Shown here one piece after another: positions 28,605-41,976 of a DNA stretch of 64,000 nucleotides. Made by a program: the position numbers and the translations under genes. The stretch is from NCBI GenBank assembly GCA_964016885.1, contig OZ024743.1, positions 36,208,001-36,272,000 on the forward strand, in the 5' to 3' direction. Positions within the stretch are counted from its first letter, which is position 1. Each line of letters opens with the position of its first letter. Under the pieces are notes generated by a model, which was not told the DNA's origin, did not search any database, and was given only the letters and a program-made list of their open reading frames with translations. The stretch is from Eledone cirrhosa (Eukaryota).

Positions 28605-29168
28605 CCGTCTCTTAAGTAGTAGCAATTTTACCAAACAAAGACTGCAGCATACTCAGCCATTGTAATTCACATTGAAGCTATTTACCTTCATTTAGGCGCC
28701 TAACGACATTGAGAAAGGCATACTTCCTAATTCTTTCTACTTTAAAATATACAACTTTTGTGTTTGTCAGAAAGACACATGCAATCATTAATGATAGAAT
28801 GAAAAAAAAAATGCTTTTATATACGAGAACTGAACTGCTAATTATTTCTTCAGTAGAGCATTTGTGGCAATAAAATTATTTTGAGTTGCTTTTGCAGATA
28901 ATTCTCTGCGACTGCTTAACCTGCTGTAAATGGCAGCTAAAATCTGTCATGATCTCCTCTGTATATGCTACCAGATATATGTCGCTTTTTTATTACTGCA
29001 AATAAACATAATCTCTTGAATAATATATAATTAGTTTTAAATGATTCTGACAACCTCCAGTTGGTCCAAAAATGTTGATTCACTCAAAATTGTTGTATCC
29101 AAACTATTTAGAAATGCTTCAAGATGTGTTCCATAAAGTTGCTTATACACACACACACACACACACAG

Positions 29169-29226
<58 letters not shown>

Positions 29227-30561
29227 CTGTGCGTGTGTTATAGAACAGAACATAAAAATATTGTAACAATTTACATCATTTTTGTAAATGATTTATGTTT
29301 CTAATCAGTAACCTTTTTAAAGAGCTATGCGATACAAAATAACCTTGTATTTTTCTGTCTAGACCCAGAAAGAAGTATTTCTAGAAAAAAGTCACATAGC
29401 TTGAAAATGTGTGCCTTAGTAAATTTTCAGTTTCCTACATGCAAAACTGTAGCCTACAACTTGGAACATGCATTCATTTTTATATAAGAAATATGAGAAA
29501 AATATCAGATTTTAGTGGTGAGAATGCTGGTAAGACGATAACTATCCTTCAAAGAAGATATCAGTGAAACATGAAGAACACTTCAGCATCGTATCAATCT
29601 GAAAGTGACCGCTTTGCCCGAAACAAAAAGCAAAATACTTGGAAAGGTTACGACATACAAAAAACATACTCACACATATGAACAGACAATACATCATAAA
29701 CATGAACAAATCATAATAAAACCGGAAGTGTCATTATAGTTTCCCTTCTCATACCCAAAGCCCTGCAGTGAATTTAAATAACAACAAAACACAAATAATT
29801 TGAACATACTGCAAAATATCGGTCTAAAATTGTAGATGACTTTTGCGTTTTTCCTCGAACTTGACTCTCGAACTTGACTATCTGACAACATTACCGAAGT
29901 TACCAATCCCATCCGCAGGTTAAAGAGTGTTGGAAATTATACATAATCACCGTTCTTAATATCTACCGGAAATGCTGCTTAGTAAACATCATCGTCACAA
30001 AATAGTTTCCAGTCGCTTATTCCCTTCATTACCTCTCCATGCAGTATAGTAGCTGACGCCCTACTAGCCATATTTTTTAGCTCTTTCAGGGATGTGGATG
30101 TCTGTCAAATGTCCAGAGGCTAAGCACACCCATCCTCAGGCTATGACTGACCATCTCCTGTAACTCATTTTCAGCAGGTGACGACAGAAGCCACAGATTC
30201 AGGAATTTCTGAGAATCTCTGGCAAATACTTTGTAAGAGATTCGTATAGAGAGTGTTGTTACTGTTGTGTTTATTCTCAACTCGGCTCGGTTACAGCAGG
30301 CCTATGATCATATGGATTCCAGCCATTACCATCTTAAGTATTTATTTCTCAGGCATAAGTTACCTCAGATACATTATCGAATATGTCCTTTTAGAAGGTT
30401 TGGTTTTAGGGAGACTTGATAGCTATGTCTAGCATGTCGAACGGCCACGTAGTAACTCCTGAACAAAACAATCTGATACTTTCAAACGAGGCGAATGAGC
30501 AAACGTTCCAGTCTGGTCTCATATACCCAGGAGAAAATATTACATGAGTACTCCTGTATCG

Positions 30562-30770
30562 AAGGCAGCAAATTAGCAGAGTCGTTAGAAAGTCGGACAG
30601 AATGATTCACTGCATTAATTCCGGCTCTCTGCTCTCTGCGTTCAAATCCCGGCAAAGTCAACTTTGCTTTTCACTTTTTGAGGAGAATAAATACAATAGT
30701 ACCAGTCCAGTAAATGTTCTCATTCTCTCTTCTTTCCTCTCGCTCTCTGTTTCTCTGGAAGAAATCAGCT
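30562..30770 (+). mobile_element. Old SINE copy (family A-related)
   Basis: GTTCAAATCC box; counterpart of 2340-2565. Confidence 0.7.
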
Positions 30771-31182
30771 AAGTTGAAACCTGGTGAGGGAAGAGCTCCG
30801 TTAGATTTAAATGCCTCATACACACTGTATGGGAGCGACGGACGTCATCAAGCCTCAGCTGTTATATTATTTAGTTTCTATATTACTCTACAGTAACTAC
30901 TATCCCATTATGTAATTCTCGTTCTACTTACACATTATCAGTATAGCTACCAGAAATAATCTACTTATAACCGCGATGAAGCTGACCTGAAATAACGGTA
31001 CATCCCGAAGTAAACCGAGGTTCAACTATTAGTACATGAACTGATCAAACTGAAGCCTTGCAATCACTCAATAAAATAATTCAAAGCTGATCCAGGTTAA
31101 CGCACCGATAAACCAGAATAGGAATGAAGTGAAGCTACAGGTTAAAGAATTAAATAACAAATTAAATACGAGCAATGTGAAG

Positions 31183-31320
31183 ACGCATGGCTTAGTAGTT
31201 AGAGCATTGGGCTTGCAATTGAAAGGTTGTGAATTCAATTCACGGACCGAGTGATGTGTTGTTTCCTTGAGCAAGACACTTTATTTTACGTTACTCCAGT
31301 TTACTCAGCTGTAGAAATGA
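31183..31320 (+). mobile_element. tRNA/CORE-type SINE 5' part
   Basis: A-box TGGCTTAGTAG, degenerate B-box, CCTTGAGCAAGACACTT. Confidence 0.7.
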
Positions 31321-31536
31321 GATGATAGGTCTGGGGTCCCTATCATTAAATCACCCAAGACACCTTCAACGAGATATACCTTGGAGGAGGCCAGCTACAC
31401 CTGCATAGGTGTGAGCTGTCACACACAATCTAAGCAGCACAAATCAAACATATTAAAGTAGCACCAGGAACTAATACTAACCCACATAAACCAACTATCC
31501 TAAGCCAAGCATGAACCGAATAAAAAGAAAGTACAT

Positions 31537-31675
31537 AATGGTTTCTACTTTAGGCACAGGGCCAGCAATTTGGGGGGAGGGGAAAGTCGATTAAATAGAC
31601 CCCAGTGCATTACTGGTACTTTATTTTATCGACCCCGTAAGGATGAAATGCAAAGTTAACCCCGACGCTCTACCG
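31537..31675 (-). mobile_element. SINE family A variant
   Basis: Family core; extra block shared with 35705-35926. Confidence 0.8.
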
Positions 31676-31747
31676 ATTTACATAATAACAGATTAAAGTA
31701 AATCTATAGAACATGAAACAATAAACATCGATTGATGAAGTGTAACA

Positions 31748-32121
31748 TGTCCAGACTGTCCAGACTATCCAGACTGTCCCACATGTCCAGACGGTCCAGA
31801 CTGTCCAGACTGTCCCACATGTGTAGACTGTCCAGATGGTCTCAGATGTCCAGACTGCCCAGACTGTCCCACATGTGTAGACTGTCCAGACTGTCCCACA
31901 TGTGCACACTGTCCAGATGGTCTCACATGTCCAGACTGTCCCACATGTCCAGACTGTCCAGATTGTCTCACATGTCCAGACTGCCCAAACTGTCCCACAT
32001 GTGCAGGCTGCCCAGACTGTCCCACATGTGCAGACTGCCCAGACTGTCCTACATGCCCAGACTGTCCCACATGTCCAGATTGTCTCACATGTTCAGACTG
32101 TCCCACATGTCCAGACTGTCC
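31748..32121. repeat. 9-bp minisatellite (TGTCCAGAC/TGTCCCACA variants)
   Basis: Direct observation. Confidence 0.9.
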
Positions 32122-32326
32122 AACGAGGAGTCCAATGTGTTAATCAAATAAACATCAACGAGATGACTTCCCGTGCCTCCACACTGAAGAAGTCGAAGTC
32201 GGGGCCGCTGATCCTTTCAGCTTCCGACTCTGGCAGCGATTCGCAGGTCAAACACCAATTTTAGCCATGCGCAGCACTAGTCATGCACGCCCTTCATAAA
32301 CCACACTATGCTTCTAATGAATACCC

Positions 32327-32364
<38 letters not shown>

Positions 32365-32480
32365 TTTTCTTTCTTTCTCCCCCCCCCCCCCCACACGCAC
32401 ATATACAGTATATGAAAAGATTCAGGACCCCGACGGCTGAGCTCCGGCCGTTTCGACATCTAGATCCCTAGATCCGTTTG

Positions 32481-32558
<78 letters not shown>

Positions 32559-32680
32559 TATATAATTTTCTAGATATATAGATAGATAGATAGATAGATA
32601 GATATCAGAAGCTCAACAACAGTGACATAAATATTAGATTTAAAGCCATTATATAATGATAATGTATAAATATGTATGCA

Positions 32681-32773
<93 letters not shown>

Positions 32774-32812
32774 TGTGTGTAAGTATGTGTATGTATGTAT
32801 GTATGTATGTAT

Positions 32813-33421
32813 GTCAGGTCACCAGTTGGTGCTACTGGTAACATGTATCCCAGTACAACCTGTCCCATGGTCGGGTTGTTGGCGACTAAACTGGCAACCC
32901 CACCAAGGTTTCTTGGTGAGGAGGGTGACTTTGGACATCCTGCAGGACTAAAAACAAAACCTGTCAAAGGGCAAAGGAGCTCTTAAGAGTCAATGGCCAT
33001 CCAAAATCACCGGGAGAGATGACCCCTTAGCCTTTGTCAAGGCAGAATTCTAGGAGAAGGAAAACTCTGATATAACACCTGCAACCCTGACGGTATCCAA
33101 TGATGTTGATTTGTTCTTCTTTTTGGTAAATATCATCTTGGTCAAGAGAGTGGGACTGGCTTTGTGCAGTGCCTTTGCTCACTATAAAAGCTTCACGGCA
33201 CAGGCATTGCTTTATATCTGGAGATCTCTCTGCACTTGTCATCACATGGTACCATGGGCCCAGCACTGTGTGTCAATAATTGTCACAAGTGTAGTGTTTG
33301 TACCAGAGTTTTCAAGTCGCTGGCTGGACTAAAAAGTCACACTCGTTCAGCGCCTCGGTAGGGGTTCTCCTACATGGATATAAAGTAGTGGCCGTACTCG
33401 AAAACGAGTTGGCAGCCACCA
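32813..33421 (+). mobile_element. Bipartite non-autonomous RTE-derived element, full length
   Basis: RTE 5'UTR-like motif CTAGGAGAAGGAAAACTCTGA; terminal C2H2 finger HKCSVCTRVFKSLAGLKSH; TATG repeats at both ends. Confidence 0.8.
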
Positions 33422-33743
33422 TGTATGTAAGGAAACGCATAATTATGCGTCATGGATAATTTTAGTGTGACGAGGAAATTATCGAATATAAAAAGGAGGA
33501 AGAGAAGATAAAAAGAGGGAGGAGGAGGGAGAGGTGATACGTTGAAGTAGATGAAGAGAGTAAGAATTAGGGGAAAAGGGGATAATGTTCAGAAATAAGT
33601 GGGAGAGAAATAAGGGCATAAAAGTGAAGACACGAGTGTGAGTGAAAGTAGTTTGGGGAATAAAAGAAGGATTGATGAAGAAAAAGGAGGAGAAAGGAGA
33701 CAGAAAGATAAGACGAAGATAGATGAGGGTATCAAATAGATAC

Positions 33744-33807
<64 letters not shown>

Positions 33808-33923
33808 AGAGAGTGGGGAAAGGGGTGTGAGAGGGATATATATATATATATATATACGTATATATATATATATACGTATATATATATATAGATATATATA
33901 TATACGTATATATATATATATAC

Positions 33924-33973
<50 letters not shown>

Positions 33974-34107
33974 GTATATATATATATATATATATATACA
34001 TTATGAAGAGAGAAGAAACATTTAATATATATACGTATATATATATATATATATATATATACGTATGTATATATATATATATATACGTATATATATATAT
34101 ATATATA

Positions 34108-34303
34108 ACTGTTTCTACTTTTGGCACAAGGCCAGAAATTATCCAGCAATTATCCAGTACATTACTGGTACTTTATTTTATCGATCCCGTAAGGATAAAA
34201 GGCAAAGTTAATCTCGGCGGGATTTGAACTCAGAATGGCAAGGGCCGTAACTCTATGCATCAAAGCATGGCGTTCGACCCTCTACCGATACTACCAATCC
34301 ACC
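34108..34303 (-). mobile_element. SINE family A
   Basis: Reverse complement of consensus. Confidence 0.9.
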
Positions 34304-34335
34304 GTAAAGAGAGAAATAGACACACACATACACAT

Positions 34336-34409
<74 letters not shown>

Positions 34410-34511
34410 TCAAATCATAAGGGATATTTGTCACCCTGGCGGTTTTATATCCCTTATCATTTGAACACACACTCACACACACACACACACACATACACAC
34501 CCACACACGTG

Positions 34512-34616
<105 letters not shown>

Positions 34617-35202
34617 CGGGGGAGAGAGATAGGAAGAGTATTACGTGTGTATGAAAGTAAACGTATTGGGAGGGGAAAACACACAGAGAAAGGGGGGAAT
34701 ACAGAGATACTAATATTAGTAATGGCTAGTAACAGCTATAGAAGAAAGAGTGAGTGAGAAAGAGAGGGAGATGGAAGGATGAGGCTTGAGATAGATGAGA
34801 GGAGAAAAAGATAAAAAAGATAACAGCAAATAGGAACTGAGAACGAAAAAGGCGGAGGAAGACAATTTAAATTCCATTCTTATATTATGGTCAATGATTG
34901 GCATAGGTTCCATCAGAAATAGCAACCACTTATTTCCCATCAGGTATTGCTTTTAATGGCATCGACAAGAAATTATGCAAATGGCGCCGCTGTGAGACCG
35001 GAAGTCAATGGTGACTGAAAACATATAGCAGTGAAATTCAATATATGTACAGCCCTCTGTGTGTTTGTGTGTGAGTGAGGGAAGGTCTCTAACATGTACA
35101 GAAAATGTGCATATACGTATATTCTCACTCACATTTATATATGTATTTGTCCATGTGCATGCTGATATATACACATATAGCTATATATATATAACCACAC
35201 AC

Positions 35203-35233
<31 letters not shown>

Positions 35234-35338
35234 CGTGCGTGTGTGTGTGTGAGTGTGAGTGTGTGTGTGTGTGCATGTGTGTGTGTGTGTGCGGTTTCTT
35301 CTTCGGCTTTCATTACTTTATTACTTAACACTTAGTGT

Positions 35339-35650
35339 AGGCGCAGTATGGCTGATAGGTTGAGAAGTTTGTTTCATAGTCATGAAATCCTGAGTTTGAT
35401 CCTATTGCATGGCATCTTAGGCATCTTGGGCATGTGTCTTTTCCCTTAGTCTCAGATCGAACCAATCCTTTTGAGCGAAACTGGATAAATAAAAACTGTT
35501 TGGATGCTGGTCAGATGTCTTGTCACATGTATCAAGCTGAATCTCACCGAGAACTCTGTAAAGTGGATATGTATCTGTGGACACACTCAAACACTTACAT
35601 GTTAATTTAACATGTAAGGTCATTCCGTTAATTGAACAAGTGGAACACTC
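35339..35650 (+). mobile_element. Degenerate tRNA/CORE SINE
   Basis: GGCGCAGTATGGCTG head, CTTGGGCATGTGTCTT; related to 57610-57760 (minus). Confidence 0.55.
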
Positions 35651-35704
35651 AATTAAAATCTACGGAGCTATTAAAAGAATTTAAAAGAACTGAATTATAT
35701 ATTA

Positions 35705-35926
35705 ATAATGGTTTCTTATATAGGCACAAGGCCAGCAATTTTGGGGTAGGGGAAAGTCGATTAAATCGACTCCAGCTGCATGGCTGGTACTTTATTTTAT
35801 CGACCCCGTAAGGATGAAAGGCAAAGTTAACCTCGGTGAGATTTGAACTCATATCATAAAGGGCCGTAACTCTATGCTGCAAAGCATGTTGTTCGACGCT
35901 CTACCGATACTGTCAATCCACCGCCC
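35705..35926 (-). mobile_element. SINE family A variant, full length
   Basis: Reverse complement; head GGGCGGTGGATTG. Confidence 0.88.
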
Positions 35927-36357
35927 TGAACCATATATTACTAATGAAACTAATGACTATGAGTACAAATATATATTTATAATCTTGGTAGAGATTTTAC
36001 AGTTTTTGACGCAGTTCTCCATAAATGCTGTCTTTGTCAATCATATCCAAAGACATTTTCATATTGCTGGCCAGCTGAGTTCCAAAATATTACATACAGT
36101 TTGCGTTTCATCCTAATCTTCTATTAACATCGTGTAATGAACTAGCAGTAAATATTTCAAAACGTTTGTTAATTTAAATGTTTATAGTATCTTTACTAGC
36201 AGATAGATTGTTGTGAAAATGTGTAGTATTCGTGTAAACACTTTTGCTATGATGCAATCCTAATATCATTTCTTTTTACTTTTCAGGATTTTTCTGGTAA
36301 TTTGGCTTCATGCGGTACAGGACGTTAAGGGTTATATATATATATATATATATATAT

Positions 36358-36560
36358 AACGAAGGAATTGTGGTAAGGAACCAGATGGACCATAACGCAC
36401 CAGAGTACTCAATACTTAGGGTGGTAGAGTGGGAAATAGGAAAAAGTATGACCCCGACGGCAGAGCTCAAACCGTTTCGACGGCTATTTCTGGACTAACA
36501 TTTCCAGAAATAGCCGTCGAAACGGCTTGAGCTCTGCCGTCGGGGTCATACTTTTTCCTA
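36358..36560 (-). mobile_element. Fold-back element P1
   Basis: Palindrome around CTGGACTAACATTTCCAG; tail as in the 7579 copy. Confidence 0.85.
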
Positions 36561-36571
36561 TATATATATAT

Positions 36572-36920
36572 AAAGAAAAAAAGATGGAATCGAAAATGTA
36601 ACTGGAGTCTTATTTTTAAAAAAATATATATATTTATTTGGTTCCTTTACCGGTTTCGCAGTTCTTCTGCTTTCCAAAATGGAGGGTCTGTGGTTTTTCT
36701 CACATCTCAGATGTGAGAAAAACCACAGACCCTCCATCTCAACTAAACTTTTGAAAAGCAGAAGAACTGAGAAACCGGTAAAGGAACCGAATAAATATAT
36801 ATATGTTAAAAAATAAGACTCCAGTTGCATTTTCGATTTCATCTTTTTTTCTTTATACTTTCACTCGTGTAGGACACCTCGGTTATTTTTCATTTTGCAA
36901 AAAAAACCTCACTTTCTAAT
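36572..36920 (+). mobile_element. Fold-back element P3
   Basis: Palindrome centred at 36708; GAAAC-CG-GTA followed by AATAAA; one-sided tail. Confidence 0.85.
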
Positions 36921-37258
36921 AATAATAATAATATATATATATATATAACAAATACATGTTCGGTTTGTCGAATGCCTTTTTACTTAACCCTATCGTCTTG
37001 GCTTTCGTGGGTTGAATATTTTACTCTCAGGCACCCAATTAAGTTAAACTCCTGGTAATCTACGACGAATTTATTTTATAAGCACAAAATGTAGACACCA
37101 TCCCCAACCCGAGGTATTCGATACTTCTCTGTACTGTTTCAGAAAGGAGGGATAAACATGCCAATCGATGTTTAGAATCCCGAACAACGCCGGGCCATTT
37201 TGCTAGTATATATATAATACAAGGACGAATGGTTATTCCTTCATTACGTTTATTGGTT

Positions 37259-37351
37259 GGTGATGCGCGTTTCGCTACTGATCAGCTCAAGGTTCGATGT
37301 GTCGATCTGTATCAATCTGGACCGACTCTGAAATCAAAAGCTCGTCGGACC
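37259..37351 (-). ncRNA. Hammerhead motif with CCGACGA core
   Basis: GGT-CCGACGA-GCT...AGC-GAAAC-GCGC-ATC-ACC, then AATAAA. Confidence 0.6.
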
Positions 37352-37572
37352 TCTGTAGTAGTAATGACAGAATCGGGTGAACCTACAGTAACACCGCGTT
37401 ACATTCCCTGGATATATATATATGTATATGTATATATATATATATGTATGTATATATATCTTACGATTTATGGAGGTGCTTGTATGATTTGAAAATGTTG
37501 ATATCCAACAATGATAATAGTATTGGTAAATCGAGGTAAAATAACATTAGGAACAGAAAACAAGTAGTTAGC

Positions 37573-37643
37573 GGCATTTACAGAGTATCGAACTCTGTAC
37601 CTCTTTCATTCTGGCCATGTGCGTTATTTCTACACCAAACGGC
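37573..37643 (-). other. tRNA-like sequence downstream of the PLE ORF
   Basis: TGGTGTAG A-box-like; T-arm ACAGAG-TTCGATA-CTCTGT. Confidence 0.55.
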
Positions 37644-37719
37644 AGCTGACAGCATGTTCTTCCCAAATGAGGTGCTATATATGATAGCTTCGAATTTTTA
37701 AATATTTCCACTGAGCAAG

Positions 37720-38580
37720 CAGTTGGGTTTTGAGATGGAGGCGTCACCTAAACATTTCGCTCTTTGAGTTCAAGTAAATATTGTAATATCCTAAATTTTT
37801 TATTCAGAGATGACATTTCTTGGTACCTTTGGTGTAAAGCCTGCATCTTTTAATAACCTTCTAAGATATCTTATATAGGACACCTTTCTCCTTTAATTGC
37901 CAGCCAGTTTTCGCCAGGGCTGTACTGGTTCTCATATCAGGATTCCTGAAGAAGTGGAGATGTGTGTAACAACGTTGTTTAAAAGGATCTTGCACCAACC
38001 GAGGTACCTTTCGCTAACTTCAGAATTTCTGTAGTGTTTTGTGTAATCTCTGATTCATACAACGGACTTGATATTACAATTCTGTGGGGGAGCGCAGTTC
38101 TCTTTAATCCCACAAGAGCTACTTGGATTATCGTCGGGTGTTTTTTTCCCAGTAATATTTTATATCATAGACAGTCCAATTGAATAGGGTATCTTGAGAG
38201 TGTTACGATTGAATATTTTACTGTATCTATGTTGGGGTGGGAAATGTCTATCTAATAAAGCTAAAAAGAATTTTACCTACATTAGTCTTTACTTTAAGGG
38301 GAAACGGGGGTGCGAACCAGATAATTTTTCTTTTTCTATTATTATTTTCAGTATAGTTGGGTTGGGAATAATGTACATAATTGTGTCCTTAAAGCTACTA
38401 TCTAAGGGTGCTTAGTTGTAGTAAGGCGCACCCTTATCAAAAACCTCCGTGGTTAGAGATCCTACGACTAATGTTAGAAAGTAAGTTGTTAAAGAGAGCG
38501 GGAGGTGGCATGGAGCTTTATTAATAAAAGTCGATTTTTAGTCAGGCTTATGGTATGGTTTATACGGACGTTGTTAGGTC
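37720..38580 (-). pseudogene. Penelope-like element: RT thumb + GIY-YIG endonuclease remnant
   Basis: [28 protein letters not shown]...C, YLG...FKQRCYTH...STALAKTGWQLK, KKCHL, LLNSKSE; stops and frameshifts. Confidence 0.8.
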
Positions 38581-38622
38581 AAACTTGACATCTAGAAAGT
38601 ACACACACACACACACACACAC

Positions 38623-38664
<42 letters not shown>

Positions 38665-38665
<1 letters not shown>

Positions 38666-39172
38666 TCAGGTCGCTCTCCTGTGCTATTGGTAACATGTAA
38701 CCCAGTACAACCTGTCTCATGGTTGGGTCGTCGGCGAGTAAACCTCCAGCCCCACCAAGCTAACTTGGTGAGATGGGTGATATTTGGACACCCTGCGGGA
38801 TGAAATACACGGGTCGGCAAAGGGCGGAGGAACTCAGCAAAGTCAACGGCCATCCAAATAGTACCTTTTTTTAAACCTGGGAGTGAAAGGCCCCCAATTG
38901 TTGTGTTGTCACAACACCGTTCTAAGAGAGGGAACCTCTGAAAAACACCTGCGGCTTCGGAAACATTCTCCTTTTCGGGTAGTATTTGTGATGATCAGAG
39001 AGTGGGATTGGTCGAGTGCAAGGCCTTTCTCCACTAAAAAAACCTTCAAAGCACAGGCATTGCTTGTTCAGGGTCTGTTACAGGTTCGTGTGACTGGCCG
39101 TAGCCTAAAAGTGCACCAAACTCTGTAATCTGACAAGCAATTGCAGTACTCTTAGCAGAGTTTGCAGCCATC
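38665..39172 (+). mobile_element. Diverged relative of the bipartite RTE element
   Basis: Colinear similarity to 32813-33421 (TGGTAACATGTA.CCCAGTACAACC, GCACAGGCATTGCTT, GCAGCCA). Confidence 0.75.
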
Positions 39173-39193
39173 ATTCACCCCCCCCCACACACA

Positions 39194-39258
<65 letters not shown>

Positions 39259-39357
39259 GTAGAATACTGGAAGGTAATATCCGTAGTGGTAGAGCACTCA
39301 GTCCATGGGACGAGTTAGGTAGAAGTGGTATGGTGAACTAACCGTTGTGTAACCACT

Positions 39358-39506
<149 letters not shown>

Positions 39507-39591
39507 CATAAAACGTCACGATTCTTAGCCATTTTTTAATGTATTCTTGGCGCGATCACTTTGGAAAATGAATTGTCTAAATTTGAGCTAA

Positions 39592-39665
39592 CTCCTGAAG
39601 AATCCGAAGTTCTAGATATCCCATGTTATCGGATGTCTTAAAATGCGGACGAAACCATGGTAGAG
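39592..39665 (+). ncRNA. Type-I hammerhead motif
   Basis: CTC-CTGAAGA-ATCCG...CGGAC-GAAAC-CATG-GTA-GAG. Confidence 0.7.
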
Positions 39666-40116
39666 GTAATTAAATATGTACGCATTTCTTCTAGTTTATT
39701 TTACACCTAATTCTGTTTAGTTTACTGTATATCTGGTCGATTTATACATGCTGTCGAATATTCGATAAATACTCCGTCGTAACCGCCGCGAAGGGGCTGC
39801 TTTCGGTTATTTGTTGGAGATTTCTTCATAGGAGCCTTTATTCTTATAGCTTGGTCTAATTGATTTTTTATATGGTTAATTATGCTAACTGGGAGAGGAA
39901 ACGGTATATATTTTATCTGGTGATTCTATAGACATGTTTTCTGATATATAGCTCTGATTATTTAATTTATTAATTCTTCATTGAGCCACAACGTGACCCG
40001 TTGCAAAACACATATATATCTATGACTTTATATATATATATATATGTAAACCTTTATATATATATATATATATACGATATTAAATAAATGGAAACTATAT
40101 TTATAAAACCATATTT

Positions 40117-40179
40117 ATTTCATTATACATATTTCAGGGATACCAAATTAAAATATGGTATGCCTTCATCAGACAAAAT
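40117..40179 (-). ncRNA. Type-I hammerhead motif
   Basis: ATTTTGT-CTGATGA-AGGCATACCA...TGGTATCCCT-GAAAT-ATGT-ATA-ATGAAAT. Confidence 0.75.
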
Positions 40180-40849
40180 ACAATATATAAACAGTTAGGG
40201 TACGTCAAAATTATTTATAAATGCGAGGGGGGAATGCTGCAAGCTTTGTACTCCTACCTTCCCTCCACCACTTTTCTTAGTGAACGTGGCACTCACGACA
40301 GTGTGCGAGGTTAAAATGGCATCCATTGCTGACTACCAAGTCTACACAGTTTTGAGATGAAAATGAAAATTTCGCCCCAGAAAGGGGCGAAAATTAGTTG
40401 ACTCAACGTCTGAAGGCCCAGGCAAGGGGTTAAACTAAACAATGCTATTAAATTGAGCAATGAACTCCAGTTTTTTTGACAATAATCCGTAAAAACCCGG
40501 AGCGAAGTAATTCACGTCTATATCAAGTAGTAATTGATATAGAGAGGAGGAGAGTTTGGTAGCGATATAGTGAGAGAGAATGAGAGAGAGTGTTGTATGG
40601 TAGATATAAAGAGGGGGTAGTTTGGTGTAAATTGAGATCGAGAGAGTGACTGGAAGAGAGTACCGTCTAATAGATATGTAGAGGGGAGAGTTTGTTGGCT
40701 TTAGATATACAGAGAGGGATAATGGGAGAGTACCACGTAGTAGATATAGAGAGGGGGAGAGTGCCGTGAAGTAGATATAGAGAGTTTGATTATTAATAAG
40801 TGCGTTAAAGTTTTTTAATTGTATGTGCAATGTATCTAAGTTGTGAAAT

Positions 40850-41625
40850 GTGAGTATTTCCGTGTGGGGCAACAATGTTGTATCCGTGTCGGTGTGTCGT
40901 GGAAGAGGGAGATTACTGGATGCGGTTGGACGAGCAGATTAGAGGAAGAAGGCCGGTGAATTTAGGCCATTGCGGGTAGATATATTTAGAATATGATGAG
41001 GGTAGTGGTGTGGGTGATGATGTGCATGTGTGGCAGCAGGTTTGGGAGCATGGAAGGGATCCAGGAGAGAAGTTGGAAGGAGAGAGGGAATTGCAGTCGA
41101 GAAGGTTCCTAATGTTGCATGCGCGTTTAAAAGAGAGAAGGGGCTAAAGAGGAAAAAGGGAGAGGTTGAGTTATCCCAGTCGAGGGGGCGGAAGAGGCGG
41201 AGGATTTTCTTCTTGGGCAAGGTGAAAGGGTGATAGGTTAATGGAAATAGCAGCCGGTTGGTGGTGTGGGTGTGGCGTGGTGTAAGAGCAGAAGTGCGAT
41301 CACACCATGGACACGGGTGAGGGCGGCTTGTATCAGGGTAAGGGGCTATCCTCGTCGGGTGAATAGTCAAGCCATGTAATGAACCTGAGCCTCAAAGGAG
41401 TAGGGGATATAGTGTTTGTTGTGGGTGGGATGGGAGAAGATAATGTCCAGCTAGGCCTGGGAGTCGGTTGGTTTAAAGAAGGGTGACGTATTGAGGGAGC
41501 GATTGAAGTGGTTGATAGAAACAGATATCCAAGAAGTGGACGTAATTGGTGAAGATAGAGATTGTGAAGTCAAGGGTGGGGTGGAAGGAACAGAAGAAGT
41601 CGAGTTGTACTTGGGTGAGTGATTC
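40850..41625 (-). pseudogene. Second Penelope-like coding remnant
   Basis: SFHPTLDFT...VHFLDI (RT/thumb) and downstream PCPWC; abuts (TA)n. Confidence 0.55.
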
Positions 41626-41641
41626 CTTTATATATATATAT

Positions 41642-41769
<128 letters not shown>

Positions 41770-41976
41770 GTATGTATGCCGGGTTCTGAAGTTTCGGTCT
41801 ACCAAAATTAATTAGAAAGGCATTGATCAACCCGAGGCTAGTAAAAGACAGTTTTCCAAGTTCCCAGCCGTAGGACTGATCCCAGAATCAAGCATGCATA
41901 TATGAACGTATGCATGCATGTATGTATGTATGTATGTATGGATGGCAATTCTCGAAACTAAGAGCAGCCATTTATG

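Noticed and set aside
29850-30260. Possible restriction-like-endonuclease LINE remnant (minus strand, DWKLF...FP)
   Set aside because: Too decayed to support by eye.
31732-32264. Repetitive ORFs (SRLSHM / GQSGHV)
   Set aside because: A 9-bp minisatellite open in several frames, with no supported exon structure.
33284-33345. C2H2 zinc finger as a host gene exon
   Set aside because: It lies inside a multi-copy RTE-derived element.
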